NCBI RefSeq assembly: GCF_009914755.1 | Contig: NC_060934.1 | Source of the DNA: the human T2T-CHM13v2.0 reference genome, Homo sapiens | Reading direction: 5' to 3' (one strand) | DNA: 64,000 nucleotides | Shown: positions 21,033 through 35,420 of the stretch, piece after piece | Numbering within the stretch: position 1 is the first letter of the stretch | Layout: each line of letters begins with the position of its first letter | Made by a program: the position numbers and the translations under genes | The notes under the pieces: generated by a model | What the model saw: only the letters and a program-made list of their open reading frames with translations | What the model was told of the DNA's origin: nothing | Databases searched by the model: none

Positions 21033-21209
21033 TAGTTCCACAGTTAAAAGCAGTAATAATATAAAAGGAAAGAAACATAGGGAAAGAGACGGTGGGAGGC
21101 AAGGGTGCCACCTCTGCCCTAGAGGGCTCTGAGAGAGGCTCATGCCCCCATTCCCGTGTGAACCTCACACCCTTCCGCCATCCCCACTCCTAACGTGGGT
21201 CTTACTCAC

Positions 21210-21382
21210 GCATCTCCCAGGAAGAGGCTGGGCCAGACCTCATCGATATGGTTCAGTGTGGCAGCCTGACGGACCCACAGCAAGCGCTGCAGCGAAGCCA
21301 ATGTGGGCGGCTGGTAGGGAGATGCCTGGACTGCCCCATGGATCTTGGGCCTCCGGAGGTCCTGCTTCTGCAGTGAGTCCAT
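21210..21382 (-). CDS. DUSP13B: DUSP13B (TMDP) coding exon 1, MDSLQKQDLRR...VWPSLFLGD(A)
   Basis: Acceptor ctgttccag|G ATG (exon starts 21383, one base before the ATG); donor GAT GC|gtgagt; 173 nt. Confidence 0.97.
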
Positions 21383-21961
21383 CCTGGAACAGAGTGGACA
21401 CCGCAGTGGCTGGAGGCAGGCTCCCAGAGGGTGGATCCAGCTGATGGGGAAGCCCGTGGTGCAGTGCCTAGGTGCCACGGGGATGCTGCAGGAAGGGCTT
21501 CATCTATTTCACATGAGGTATTAACAAGCTCAGCTGGGGCTGAGGCCTAGAACCCTTCCCCAGGGAACAAGGGAATCAAGCCTTTGTCACTGCTATGGAG
21601 CTGGGCAGACCTCTCTCCTGCCCTCTGCTGAGCTGCAGATGTATGAAGCTTTGGCCAAGGGGCCCTTGGAGTTCCCTGTTTGTGGCACTAGTCAGTGCAG
21701 ATCTCATCCCTAAATCAGCTTGGACTTTGTAGGGATGAAAGCCCCAGATGGCTGTGGCTCTCAGGGCACCCAGGAAGCCCCCACCAACCTAAGCAGCTCA
21801 TCTCAAGCCCCCTCACCTGCTACTTCCAGTACTCATCCTCAGACCCCCGTCCCCTCCCACTTTCAGGGGCTTGGAGATCAGAGCCTATCTCCAGGTAAGA
21901 GGCCAGGACTGTGAACTGGTATTTGTTAGCAACTCCGCATGGAATGAGCTAATGCCTCTTA

Positions 21962-22309
<348 letters not shown>

Positions 22310-22528
22310 TTACCCAGGAGGAAGCTGAAGCTCAGAATGTTTTAAAAGTGATGCCCAAAGCCATACGGCTCATGAGTAGCAAGGCTGGGGTTTTAGTCCA
22401 TCCCCAAGCCTTTCAGTTACCATCTTTGGGGCCTCCAGAGAGTGGTCACTAACCCATCTGCTTCCTCAAGGGAGCCTGGTACTGCTGAGCCACACACCTG
22501 CCTATAGGCCCTGGGTTTTCCTCCTTAC

Positions 22529-22656
22529 CCCCACGACTCAGGCCAGCACTGGATGTCAGGCCCCACCCGGGTCAGGTAGCTTGTTTCAGGCATCTGCTGG
22601 CTGAAGGAGTCAGGGACCCTGCGGAGCTGGATTTTCAGCGGCACCAGAATATGGGC
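22529..22656 (-). CDS. DUSP13B: DUSP13 intermediate alternative exon (AHILVPLKIQLRRVPD...WPESWG)
   Basis: Acceptor ggcaccag|, donor GG|gtaagg; 128 nt, phase 0 to 2, in frame with the TMDP ATG. Confidence 0.65.
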
Positions 22657-22826
22657 CTGGTGCCGTGTTGGAGAGGGGGTCCTGTCTTTGCTAACTGCCC
22701 CGATCCCCTGGACCAGTGACTAGGGAAGGTGCATACTGGGAAGAACATCTTTTCCCTTTGGTAGGCAGTGCCAGGACCAGAAAAAGAAACAGGCACCCAG
22801 GAGGCTGCCGGCTTGGCCAGGCTCAC

Positions 22827-22937
22827 CCAGTGGGAGGCTGTCGGGCAAGGCGGAAGTGAAGACCAAGCTGTCCTCCTCATCCCCCACTGTGACCTCTCCA
22901 GGTGGCTGAGTGGCCTGCCACCTACCTGGGGCATGGC
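22827..22937 (-). other. Candidate 111-nt symmetric (phase 1-1) exon, or part of a DUSP13B 5' exon
   Basis: Acceptor cccattcccggccccag|, donor TGG|gtgagc; a second strong donor CAG|gtaggt at 22926. Confidence 0.4.
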
Positions 22938-23610
22938 CTGGGGCCGGGAATGGGGGAGTGGGTGCAGGGGCAGGACTCTGCCTGAGCGGAACAGGGCTGG
23001 GCAGGTTCTGCCCAGAACACAAACACTGTGAAGCGGCTAGAATTCCAGGTGCTGGCTGGGGCGCCCATGGGGGGGTGGGGCCTGAGAGCCGACTGAGGCC
23101 TTGTGGACTGCAGTGGGCCCTCCGGTCCCTCTAAACCCCCAGGCCTCCTCTCTGCTTGGTATCTGTTTGGGATTGAAGACCGTTGGTTCCATAAACCTCC
23201 ATGAAGATGGGAGTCTACCTGAAGAGGTGGGAAGAGAACTTCTGAGGCAGGGAGGAGAGCCTGGCTCCCCCAGCACTCTGCCATAACTCATTCTGTGGCC
23301 ACGAGCAAGTCTTTGCTCCCATCTGGACCACAGTTTATCTTCCCATGCTAGGGATGCTGGACTTAATTTTCAGGATGCTCTGGGGGTCTGACCCGAGAAT
23401 GAGAGAGGAGTGTCTGGATATGCGGTCACTGCAGGGCAGAGGGCAGTGTAGTGTGGTGGAGTTGGGGAAGCCCCCAGGACCCAGAGGAGTCCAACAGCCA
23501 CACTGGTCTGGAGCCATCAGGTGGGGCTGCACCACCCCAGGCAGGAGATGGGGCTTTGGGAAGTGGGACAGGCTCCGGGCTCAGGCCTGCGGAGCTTGGC
23601 ATGGGGTGAG

Positions 23611-23628
23611 GCTGCCCCCTGGTGGCCA
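23611..23628 (-). promoter_or_regulatory. Consensus CTCF motif
   Basis: TGGCCACCAGGGGGCAGC on the minus strand. Confidence 0.75.
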
Positions 23629-24989
23629 ATGGGTGTGTCACAGCCCAGCCTTGCCAGGGAGCAGGCAGCCAGGCTCCACCCCCAGGAGGCTCCAGAGGGG
23701 TCAAGGATTTGGGGGCTGGTAGGCCACAGTGCATGCCTCTGCCTCCGAGGGGACCTAGGCCCAGGTCTGAAGAACGGGGCTCTCCCCTGGACTTAGCGCT
23801 ATGCCTGGTCAGGCTCCACCTAATGCCTTGCTCCCGATGCTCAGGGTGTTGCCCCACCTGTCCACTCTAACCCACTGGGACCCAGCCCATCCCATCAGTC
23901 AGAGTCAGGCCCGGCCACCCCCCCAGGGACTCGTCCTTTAAGCCCCAGTCCCTCCCAAGGAGGGGAAGTCGGTGGTTGTGGCAGCTCCGCCGGTTTCTGA
24001 CACCTGAGACTTGGTCTTCGGAGGGCCCTGCCTGACACTACATTCCATGTCTCCTTGTCCCCAGCTGGGTGAAGCACAGGCCCAACGTCCAGCAGGGCCA
24101 GGGCCCGGCCGAGCTCCCCTCCCACTCCCTGCAGTCTTCCTTCTCTCCCTGATCCCGTGCTCCTCCTCGCCCCCTTCCTGCCTCCCCCGCTCAGCAGAGC
24201 AGCTGCCTCTGTAGGCAGGGCTTTTCCTGGCTGCTCCTGTGCTGCTGCTGTTTGCAAGTCCATGCACTTCTTTTCTGTGTTTGCATCTCTCCTCCCTGGG
24301 TCACTCCCCCGTTTGCCTCTGTCTCCCATCCTCCCCCAGGAAGCTCATGTGCCTTTGCAGCCTCCCATGACGCTGCTCTGTGTGCCCAAGACATCGGGCA
24401 GAGGCACAGGCTTCCTTGGGGCAGGGGGCAGCTGTTTGCCATCCACCTCTCAGCTGCAGTTTCAGATAGTCCCCTGGACTTTCTTCCTGCCCATCCTTTC
24501 TGACTCCACTCCAGGGAGGCCAGACAGAAGTGTGGCCACAGGCCATGTGGGGCTGGAGATCTCAGGGCAGGACCAGTGAGGAGTGTGGGGAGAAGGCCTG
24601 CAGAAGGGTGGCGTGTGGCTGCCAGTGGGGAACAGCTGTGGGTCTCTGTGCTCAGCCTGAGGGTCTTGGGGAGGGCAGACCTGGGTAGAAATCTCAGGTC
24701 TGGTACTTGCAGCTATGTGGTCTTGTCTTCACCAAGCCAGTTTCTTCAGTGGGGCTGCTGTGAGAATTCCATGTAATAATTAATGTAAAGCACCTCCCAC
24801 AGGGTCTGTCTTATGGTAGATGCCCAATAAATGGCACGTCTTACTATTATTATCACTACTATAATTACTCTTACCCTTTCCAGCCCCAGCCATATCCTAT
24901 GTGGAGGGTAACTTCCCTACGGGACAGTGAGATTTCTTCTCTATCTCTGTATTTCTTGATATTTCTTTCTCTGTCCAGCAATAATTGTT

Positions 24990-25200
24990 ATATTTAGCAC
25001 TCATCAAGGATGTACTATGTGCCAGACAGAGCTAGGTGCTCACATTTTCTCATTGAATCCTCACAGTGCCTTTATGGAGCAGGTAATATTATCATCCCCA
25101 TTTTACAGATGAGGAAACCGAGACTCAGAGAGGTTAAGCAACATACCCAGAGTCACATAGCCAATTGATGTGGGAGTCAGGATTCAAACCCAGGTCTCTC
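24990..25200 (-). mobile_element. MIR
   Basis: cccattttacagatgaggaaaccgagactcagagaggttaag core. Confidence 0.8.
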
Positions 25201-25360
25201 TGACTCTACTATACCTTGTCTGCGCCTTCATCTCTGACCCAGTCGGTTCTCTACCCAACCCAAACCCCACCCCTCCCCACACAGGCACAAGTGTCCTGGC
25301 CCTCATTACCCAGCATGCTCAGGGACCACATCCTACCCCCCCCAAATTAGGAGCACTCAC

Positions 25361-25459
25361 CCACCTGTGGGAGTATCTGGCCCAGGCTGTGCACTTCTCT
25401 GACGGGCAGTTCGTGCTGCCGGCTTTCAGCCGCCTGTCTCCGCACACTTGATGCTGTTT
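25361..25459 (-). CDS. DUSP13B: DUSP13 intermediate alternative exon (KQHQVCGDRR...YSHR/W) with two donors, 25365 and 25361
   Basis: Acceptor aaaaaatag|; donors AG|gtgggt and TGG|gtgagt; the short form joins TMDP exon 1 in frame. Confidence 0.7.
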
Positions 25460-25691
25460 CTATTTTTTGATTTGAGTTTAATTATAAAGCATGCTGTCTA
25501 CTCCCCTCTTCCAGCCTCCCCTGCCACTCCCAACTTGTCCACTGGTTCCATGGCATGGCCAGTGCCAAGCACAGTCAGGCACCTTTCCCTCCAGGCCCAG
25601 GCCTCTGTCCCAGCACTGCTAAGAATCAAGGCAGCTCAGCCCAGGTCTGACTGTGGCATATTGTGTACATGTATGTTGATAGTGGGAGAAG

Positions 25692-26615
<924 letters not shown>

Positions 26616-27169
26616 CCCTTGGCCTTCAAGGGTATTATAGAAGAAGGGCAGGAAGTTCAAGTTGGAAGGATGTTCTGTGGAGGAGGACAGTGAAGAGGCT
26701 AGCCAAAAATCACATGTAAACTGGTGGCATTGCCAACAGCAGGACCCAGGTCCGGGGCCCTCAGTTAGGGGCCAAGGCCGATGGGACAGGTCCAGGATAA
26801 AGACCTAGAAGACTCAGGCTGAGGGAAGCGGCACAGGCCCACACACAGACACAGGTGTAGAGCAGGTCTTCAGACAGCCCTGGGCTGCAGGCAGAAGCAG
26901 TGTGTCCAGGGCCACTCCCACCCTCTGCCAAGCTCCTCCCCCAACCCAAAAGGCAGGGACACCCAGGCCCCACTGTCCCCTGAGGCCAGAGAGATGGTCT
27001 TTAAGGTCTCTCCCCATGCTAACTGTGGTCAGCTAGGACCTTCAATTGGGCCTACTAGAAATCTTCTCTGTCATCCACAGACCTTTGTCATACACGCATA
27101 CCTTGATACTACTCCCCGCTTGCACTCCCAGATGGTGGGAACAGGGCACACCCATGCCTGCAGCCATAC

Positions 27170-27251
27170 CTGCACTGGGTCTCTGAGGTCTGAGCTCCAG
27201 GGAGCTAAGGCTCAGCCCCTCCTGGGGCTCTCTGAGCCCTGAGGGGAGCTG
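27170..27251 (-). other. Candidate cassette exon QLPSGLREPQEGLSLSSLELRPQRPSA
   Basis: Acceptor ctgtctccag| (alternatives at 27248 and 27238); strong donor CAG|gtatgg; follows a 140-nt G-run-rich intron. Confidence 0.4.
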
Positions 27252-27391
27252 CTGGAGACAGCTGTGGCCAACAGCTATCACAAATATCTGGAACCCCCTT
27301 CCTCTCTCCTCCCCTCCCCACTTTCCCAGGGAACTTGGGGTCCCTGGCCAAGAAGCCTGAGGGCTTGGCTGAGAGGGGAGCCCACTCCCAC

Positions 27392-27574
27392 CTGTGGAGA
27401 CTGAAGACAGTGGCTGAGAGGGGGTGTAGGCGCCAGGAGGAGCCAGATGGAGTAGCAGGCTCTAGGGCCGACCCCACGCTGGGCTTCCACCATCTTCTGT
27501 GTGTCCGCCTGGGCCAGAGCCTCCAGCAGCACCAGCAGGATCAGTGCCAGGGTGGCAAAGTGGCAGAGCCCCAT
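27392..27574 (-). CDS. DUSP13B: DUSP13 intermediate alternative exon encoding a signal-peptide-like N-terminus MGLCHFATLALILLVLLEALAQA...SPQ (exon 27595-27392)
   Basis: Acceptor tcatctctcttccag| at 27595; Kozak CCTGCCATGG; 61 codons to donor CAG|gtggga (phase 0); matches my recollection of long DUSP13 isoforms. Confidence 0.75.
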
Positions 27575-29025
27575 GGCAGGGAGTAAGGACCAGCTCTGGA
27601 AGAGAGATGAGCTCTGTGTTACAGGCAGGTGAACCAAGGCCCAGGCTGGCTGGGACTTGTTGGGGCAGGGATAAGAGCTGTCACCTAAACCTGCTTCTGC
27701 CTTGAGCCCTGTGCATAAGGTCAAGTGAGTGCAGCTGCTGGGAGAGATGAGGAGGTAGATTTGGTATCCATGGCTTAGGGACAGAGATGACCTCTCCCCA
27801 TGGGCCCCTTATCTTTCAGAGTACCTGGACCCAGAGCTGCTCTGTATGGCTGCACAGGCTGCACACTGCATAACTCCTGGGGCCTCCAGTTGCACAGTTT
27901 GGTGGATGACACCTCCATGAATTGTGCAATGCTGTACCCCTGCCTATCCAACTTCCCCAAAGTCAGCTGCCTGATGGGAAAGATGCTGAGGTCAGAGGTC
28001 AGGGAGCCTAAGGCCCCAGGCTGAGGGAGAAGGGTGACTGGGCATGGTCCGAGATCTGATGCTCCGCCAGGTTCCTGGGTCCTGTCTAGAGGAGAGAGAG
28101 CAGGCAGGGAATCTGCCATTCCATGGGAAACATGCCCCCTTCAGACCTTCTACCCACAGAGCTCCATGCCACAGCTTGGCTACAGGCCAATCTCAAGCCC
28201 AGCTATAACCCAAAGTTTCTTATCACAGTCACCCCCAAACTCTAAACTTAGCCCCTGATCCTTCCCTAATCCTGCTCCTCAAGATGCTTATCCTCCAGCC
28301 AGCACAGGGGAAGGGGTCGATGCTGCTGAAGGGCCTCCCTTCTGCTTGGGCTGGCTATGCCTTCAGAGACAGGAACTGCTCTTAGGGGTGGGAGGCAGGG
28401 AGAGAGTCAGGCCCTGCCCTGGGAGGTTTCTGGGAGGAAAAAGCTACTGCTGTTCCAGCTCCCAAGCATGCCCAGGCCAGTCACCCACCCCCAAATGGCA
28501 GCCCGTCTGTGGCATGGGGTGGTAGGGACAGCCAAAGACAGGCTTGAGGCGAGACAGGCAAGGAGTTGTAGAGGAAGCAGAGGTGGAGGCAGGCCCTGCT
28601 GGGTGGGGAGCCACCGTGGAGGCCTGGCCTTAGCTCACTGATGAGAATTAGCTAAGCCTGGAAAGTTTTCTCTGTGGCACTGTACCTGGGGTCCAGACCT
28701 AGGGGGAAGGGGATGTGGAGGTTCAGGAGGGTCCAGGCTGGCTGTGCAGATGCCTCAGTGAGATTTAGGGGAGCCCCCACAGGCTTTCAGCTGAGGCAGG
28801 GCAGGTTGGCCCCAAGACCAGGTAGGAAAGTCTCCCCTCTTCCATTTTATGCTTTCCACACCCTCGCATCCTAGTCCTTCTCTTCTCTTTGGGGTCTGAA
28901 GGATCCAGGTGGGGTGGGGGATATGGGTTGGGGGTCCTACAGGAGAATTGCCTAGGCCAGGCCCTTGGGTGAGACCCTGGGTAGGTTAAGGGAACCCAGC
29001 AGTTTGGAGAGAGGGCCAGGCCCCC

Positions 29026-29031
29026 TTTAAT
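29026..29031 (-). terminator. Candidate ATTAAA polyadenylation signal for stand-alone DUSP13A mRNA
   Basis: tttaat on + strand, about 135 nt past the MDSP stop. Confidence 0.5.
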
Positions 29032-29166
29032 CCTCACTTCCAGCCACACACAGCCCTGCCAACCAATCCTGGAAGAATCCAATCCTATGTCTGCAGCCTA
29101 GGCCCTCACCTGGCCTCTTCCGGCCAACCACATCCAGCTTTGCCCCCTGAGGCCTCACCTGGCCCC

Positions 29167-29366
29167 TCAGCTCTGGCCGGCACCCCGCAGTTGCTGGTCC
29201 AGCCTGCAGAGCTGGTGCAGGAAGCCTCGGTTGGGGAAGACCCATCGGTGCTGCCTCACGGTGATCACCGCCTGGCGCAGGGACAGCCGCTGGTGCAGCA
29301 TGAGGTAGGCCAGGACCAGCGTGGCAGAGCGGCTCACGCCCACCACACAGTGCACCAGGACCTTGG
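29167..29366 (-). CDS. DUSP13A: DUSP13A coding exon 3 with catalytic HCVVGVSRS, to stop
   Basis: Acceptor tcctcag|CC; 200 nt; HCx5R and AYLM motifs; 149+218+200=567 nt = 188 aa + TGA. Confidence 0.97.
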
Positions 29367-29534
29367 CTGAGGAAGACATCCTGGTGAAAAACCCTGTCCC
29401 ACACACCAGCCCACCCACGGGCTGGGATGGGGACCCAAGTTCCTTTCCTGACCCTGCCTTGGGTGCACTCTGTGATCCTGAGCAAGTCACTCAGCCTTTA
29501 TGGACCTCAGTTTCCTGATCGGTAAAATGGGTAG

Positions 29535-31421
<1,887 letters not shown>

Positions 31422-31490
31422 TGAGAGGAAATGAGGCATCCTCCCCATGAATGAGCAAGATGGGATATGGGCTTGGACCCCAAGTCCTAC

Positions 31491-31708
31491 CCCCAGGCGT
31501 GTTGAGGGCACGGTGGATGAAGTCAGCCGCAGAGGAGAAGTAGGCACTGATGTCAAAATCAGGGAGGTCGTGGGCTGGCACCCCCAGGTAGCTCACACTG
31601 CTGCCGTAGAAGTCAGGGCCGCCCTGACAGTAGAGGCCCCTGTGGGCGGCGTTCAGCACGTGGGTGATGCCCAGCTTCCACAGCTCAAAGCGGTTGTTTG
31701 CCGTGGCC
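31491..31708 (-). CDS. DUSP13A: DUSP13A coding exon 2, [21 protein letters not shown]...ALNTPG
   Basis: Acceptor cctccccag|G, donor GGG G|gtagga; 218 nt; GITHVLNAA motif and the general-acid loop (AHDLPDFD). Confidence 0.97.
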
Positions 31709-32507
31709 CTGGGGAGGGCAGGAAGGGCACTTGATGCCGGCCAAGCCATGGGACCAGGAGGGAGGCTGTGCCTGGCCCCCTGCTGCAGAGGGACCGAGCC
31801 ATTAGGGTCCAAAGAGAGTCCAACCCCAGCAAGCTCCAAGTGGGGTCTGACTCCACAGCCCTATACCCAGAGCCCCGCACTTTCTGGTGGCTGAGCCGGC
31901 GGTGTGTGTGTCGGGGGATCTTTAGACCCTCTTTGCTTCCTCAATGCATCTGTCCCTGCCTTGGCCAGGACAGGAAGGAAGGGATTGCTTCAGCCCTGGA
32001 ACCTGGCTGCCCCTCCCTTCTTGCCCCATGTCCTCCCACGCATATCCGTCCTCTACTGGCTACCACCTCATACCTGCTTCTAACCTACAAATGTTTAGAG
32101 GCAACACCTTCTCTGATTCACCTTCAGTCAGGCTTCTCCACCGTCTGTATCCAGAGGAGGGAGGCTGGGCCCAGAAACAGGGGGCTCTCTGTCTACCTTA
32201 TCTCATGTCCCAAATACTATTTCCTGGGCCTCTGCCTCTACACTTGACAGTTGTCCTGGAAATGTTTCCTGGAACTCCTGGGAGACTCCCTGCTTTCAGG
32301 CAGGCGAAGTCCCTGCTCTCCCTGGTGGCCATACCTGGTCACTGCACTGACCTCAGCACCCCCGGGGGTCCTGGAGAAGGTCCCTGGCCTGGGATGGTCA
32401 GAGCAGAGCTATTTCTCCTTGTTTCCACCCTCCTGTGTCTGGTAAAGCGACCAAGAACTGCCTCTCCACGTCCCCACCCCCATGCCCCTTGGCCAGCTAC
32501 CACTCAC

Positions 32508-32656
32508 GCATCTCCTATGAAAAGGTTGGGCCAAACTTCGTCCACACGGCTGCAAGAAGACTTCCCTGCCCGCAGGAGCTCCTCCAGCTCCAGGATGCTG
32601 GGGCAAGGCGTGGCTTTGTCCTCTCCCCCCAGCTCTGGGAGAGAGGTCTCAGCCAT
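32508..32656 (-). CDS. DUSP13A: DUSP13A (MDSP) coding exon 1, [10 protein letters not shown]...VWPNLFIGD(A)
   Basis: ATG at 32656; 149 nt ending GAT GC|gtgagt (phase 2); [11 protein letters not shown] is the start of an atypical DSP domain. Confidence 0.97.
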
Positions 32657-32730
32657 GGGCCAGCCCGCCCACCCCTCTGCCTCTGTGGTCACTCCTCTCT
32701 GCCTCTCCAGTGTCATTTCTCCTTCCCAGA

Positions 32731-32769
32731 GATTGACAGGGACAGGTGACAGAAGCAAGTGACTCAGCA
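32731..32769. promoter_or_regulatory. DUSP13A proximal promoter motif cluster: PBX/MEIS-like, E-box, ARE/AP-1
   Basis: GATTGACAG 32731-32739, CAGGTG 32743-32748, TGACAG 32747-32752, GTGACTCAGCA 32759-32769; 75-115 bp upstream of the ATG. Confidence 0.55.
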
Positions 32770-33251
32770 AGTCACAGGGGCCTCTGGAGTGGACAAGACC
32801 TTTTCCTCCCCAAGCCTCCCCCCACCCCCAAACTCCATGAGAACACAGAATCAGAGAGACCTCTGCAAGTCAGCTACCACCCTGAACCTCAGTTTCTTCA
32901 TCTGTAAAGTAAGGATAATCACACCTACCTCAGAGAATTTGAGGATTAGATGAAACAAAGGACATGCTGGGTCTGACACATAGTAGGTGCTTAGAAACAT
33001 CTGTGGAATTAGTAGATGTAGAGCCCTGCCTAAGGCTATTAGGTTCTGAGGACTGAGTTAAAGTAGAGATCCAGGGTGCAGAGGAGGTGGCTGGTTCCAA
33101 GGATGAATGATAGAAAGAACTGAAAGAAGTGTACAGTCTAGGTGGGCCACAAATTGGGCAGGAGCTGGATTGGATGTCTGTTGGATGAGTCTCTGAATTA
33201 CGGAGGTCAGGGACAGTTTTCTGAGTTGTAGAGTCAGAGAAATATGGGTAA

Positions 33252-34627
<1,376 letters not shown>

Positions 34628-34789
34628 TAGCACAAGGATTAAATGAGATGTTTATATGGCGTTTGGCATAGACACTGTCAAAGAGTAAATGGGCAATAAA
34701 TTATAACAATGATCATTGGGGGCTGGCTATTGGAGAAGAGCTGGCTCTCTCCAGAGGAATTCGGATTACCTCCTTCTAGGCCCTAACCC

Positions 34790-35420
34790 CATTTACTGAT
34801 CCCACAGGCCCCGCCCCGGCTCCGCTAGCCCCGCTTCCTCCTGTCGCTTTGGCCTCCGGCATGACGCATGCGCCCTCGGGCTCCTCCGCGGCAGCATCTC
34901 GGTTCTCCTCTCGGGCCCATCTGGAGCCTCGCGTCTTTTCCAGTGTGGGCCCCGCCCCCTGCCGGTAGAACCCCGTCCCCGGCCGGTAGGGCCCCGCCTC
35001 CCGAAGCAGTTCCGGTTCGGCTCCGAGCAGCTGCCGGCGCGGCGGTGACGGCGGCCGGGACGATGCCTGCGCGCAGTCGCCACCGCCCCCGCCTCCACTC
35101 CGGCTCCCCGCCCCGGGCTCCGCCCCCGCCGCTTGAGGCGCTTCACTCCGGCGAGGCGGGGAGGGCCCCGGACTCCGACGGCGGCTCGGACGCCGACTCG
35201 GAGGTGGGTCCGGGGAGCCCGACTCGGACCGCGGAGGTGAGCGGGAGCTGAGGCTGAGGAGAGGGGAGCTTGGGGGGCGCCTGCTGCCAAGGGTGAGTGG
35301 GGAGTCTGGGATGGAGCCGGGGGCTGCCGAGGGACCGCGACCTGGAGGGGCCCCGGGGAGACGGTTGAGGGAACCGGGATAGTCAGCTCTGGAATGGAAT
35401 CTGAAGCAAATGGAGGTTGT
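34790..35420. promoter_or_regulatory. CpG island / SAMD8 promoter
   Basis: Very high GC and CpG density; GC boxes; TGACGCA (34862) overlapping NRF1-like GCATGCGC (34866); ETS-like TTCCGG (35010). Confidence 0.9.
35063..35236 (+). CDS. SAMD8: SAMD8 (SMSr) exon 1: 58-codon ORF MPARSRHRPR...PTRTAE, open to the donor (N-terminal extension isoform; 5' UTR in the short isoform)
   Basis: ATG with A at -3; 174 nt to GAG|gtgagc (phase 0); lies in a CpG island divergent from DUSP13; resembles my recollection of the mouse Samd8 N-terminus. Confidence 0.7.

Noticed and set aside
26700-26980. Further acceptor-like sites between the intermediate exons
   Set aside because: No matching strong donors, or frames hit early stops
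31944-32762. 272-aa plus-strand ORF antisense to DUSP13A exon 1
   Set aside because: No recognisable domain, spans intron sequence, and long ORFs are expected at this GC content
34868-35062. Further in-frame ATG upstream of the SAMD8 exon 1 ORF
   Set aside because: Lies inside the NRF1/CRE-like promoter motif, probably upstream of transcription starts
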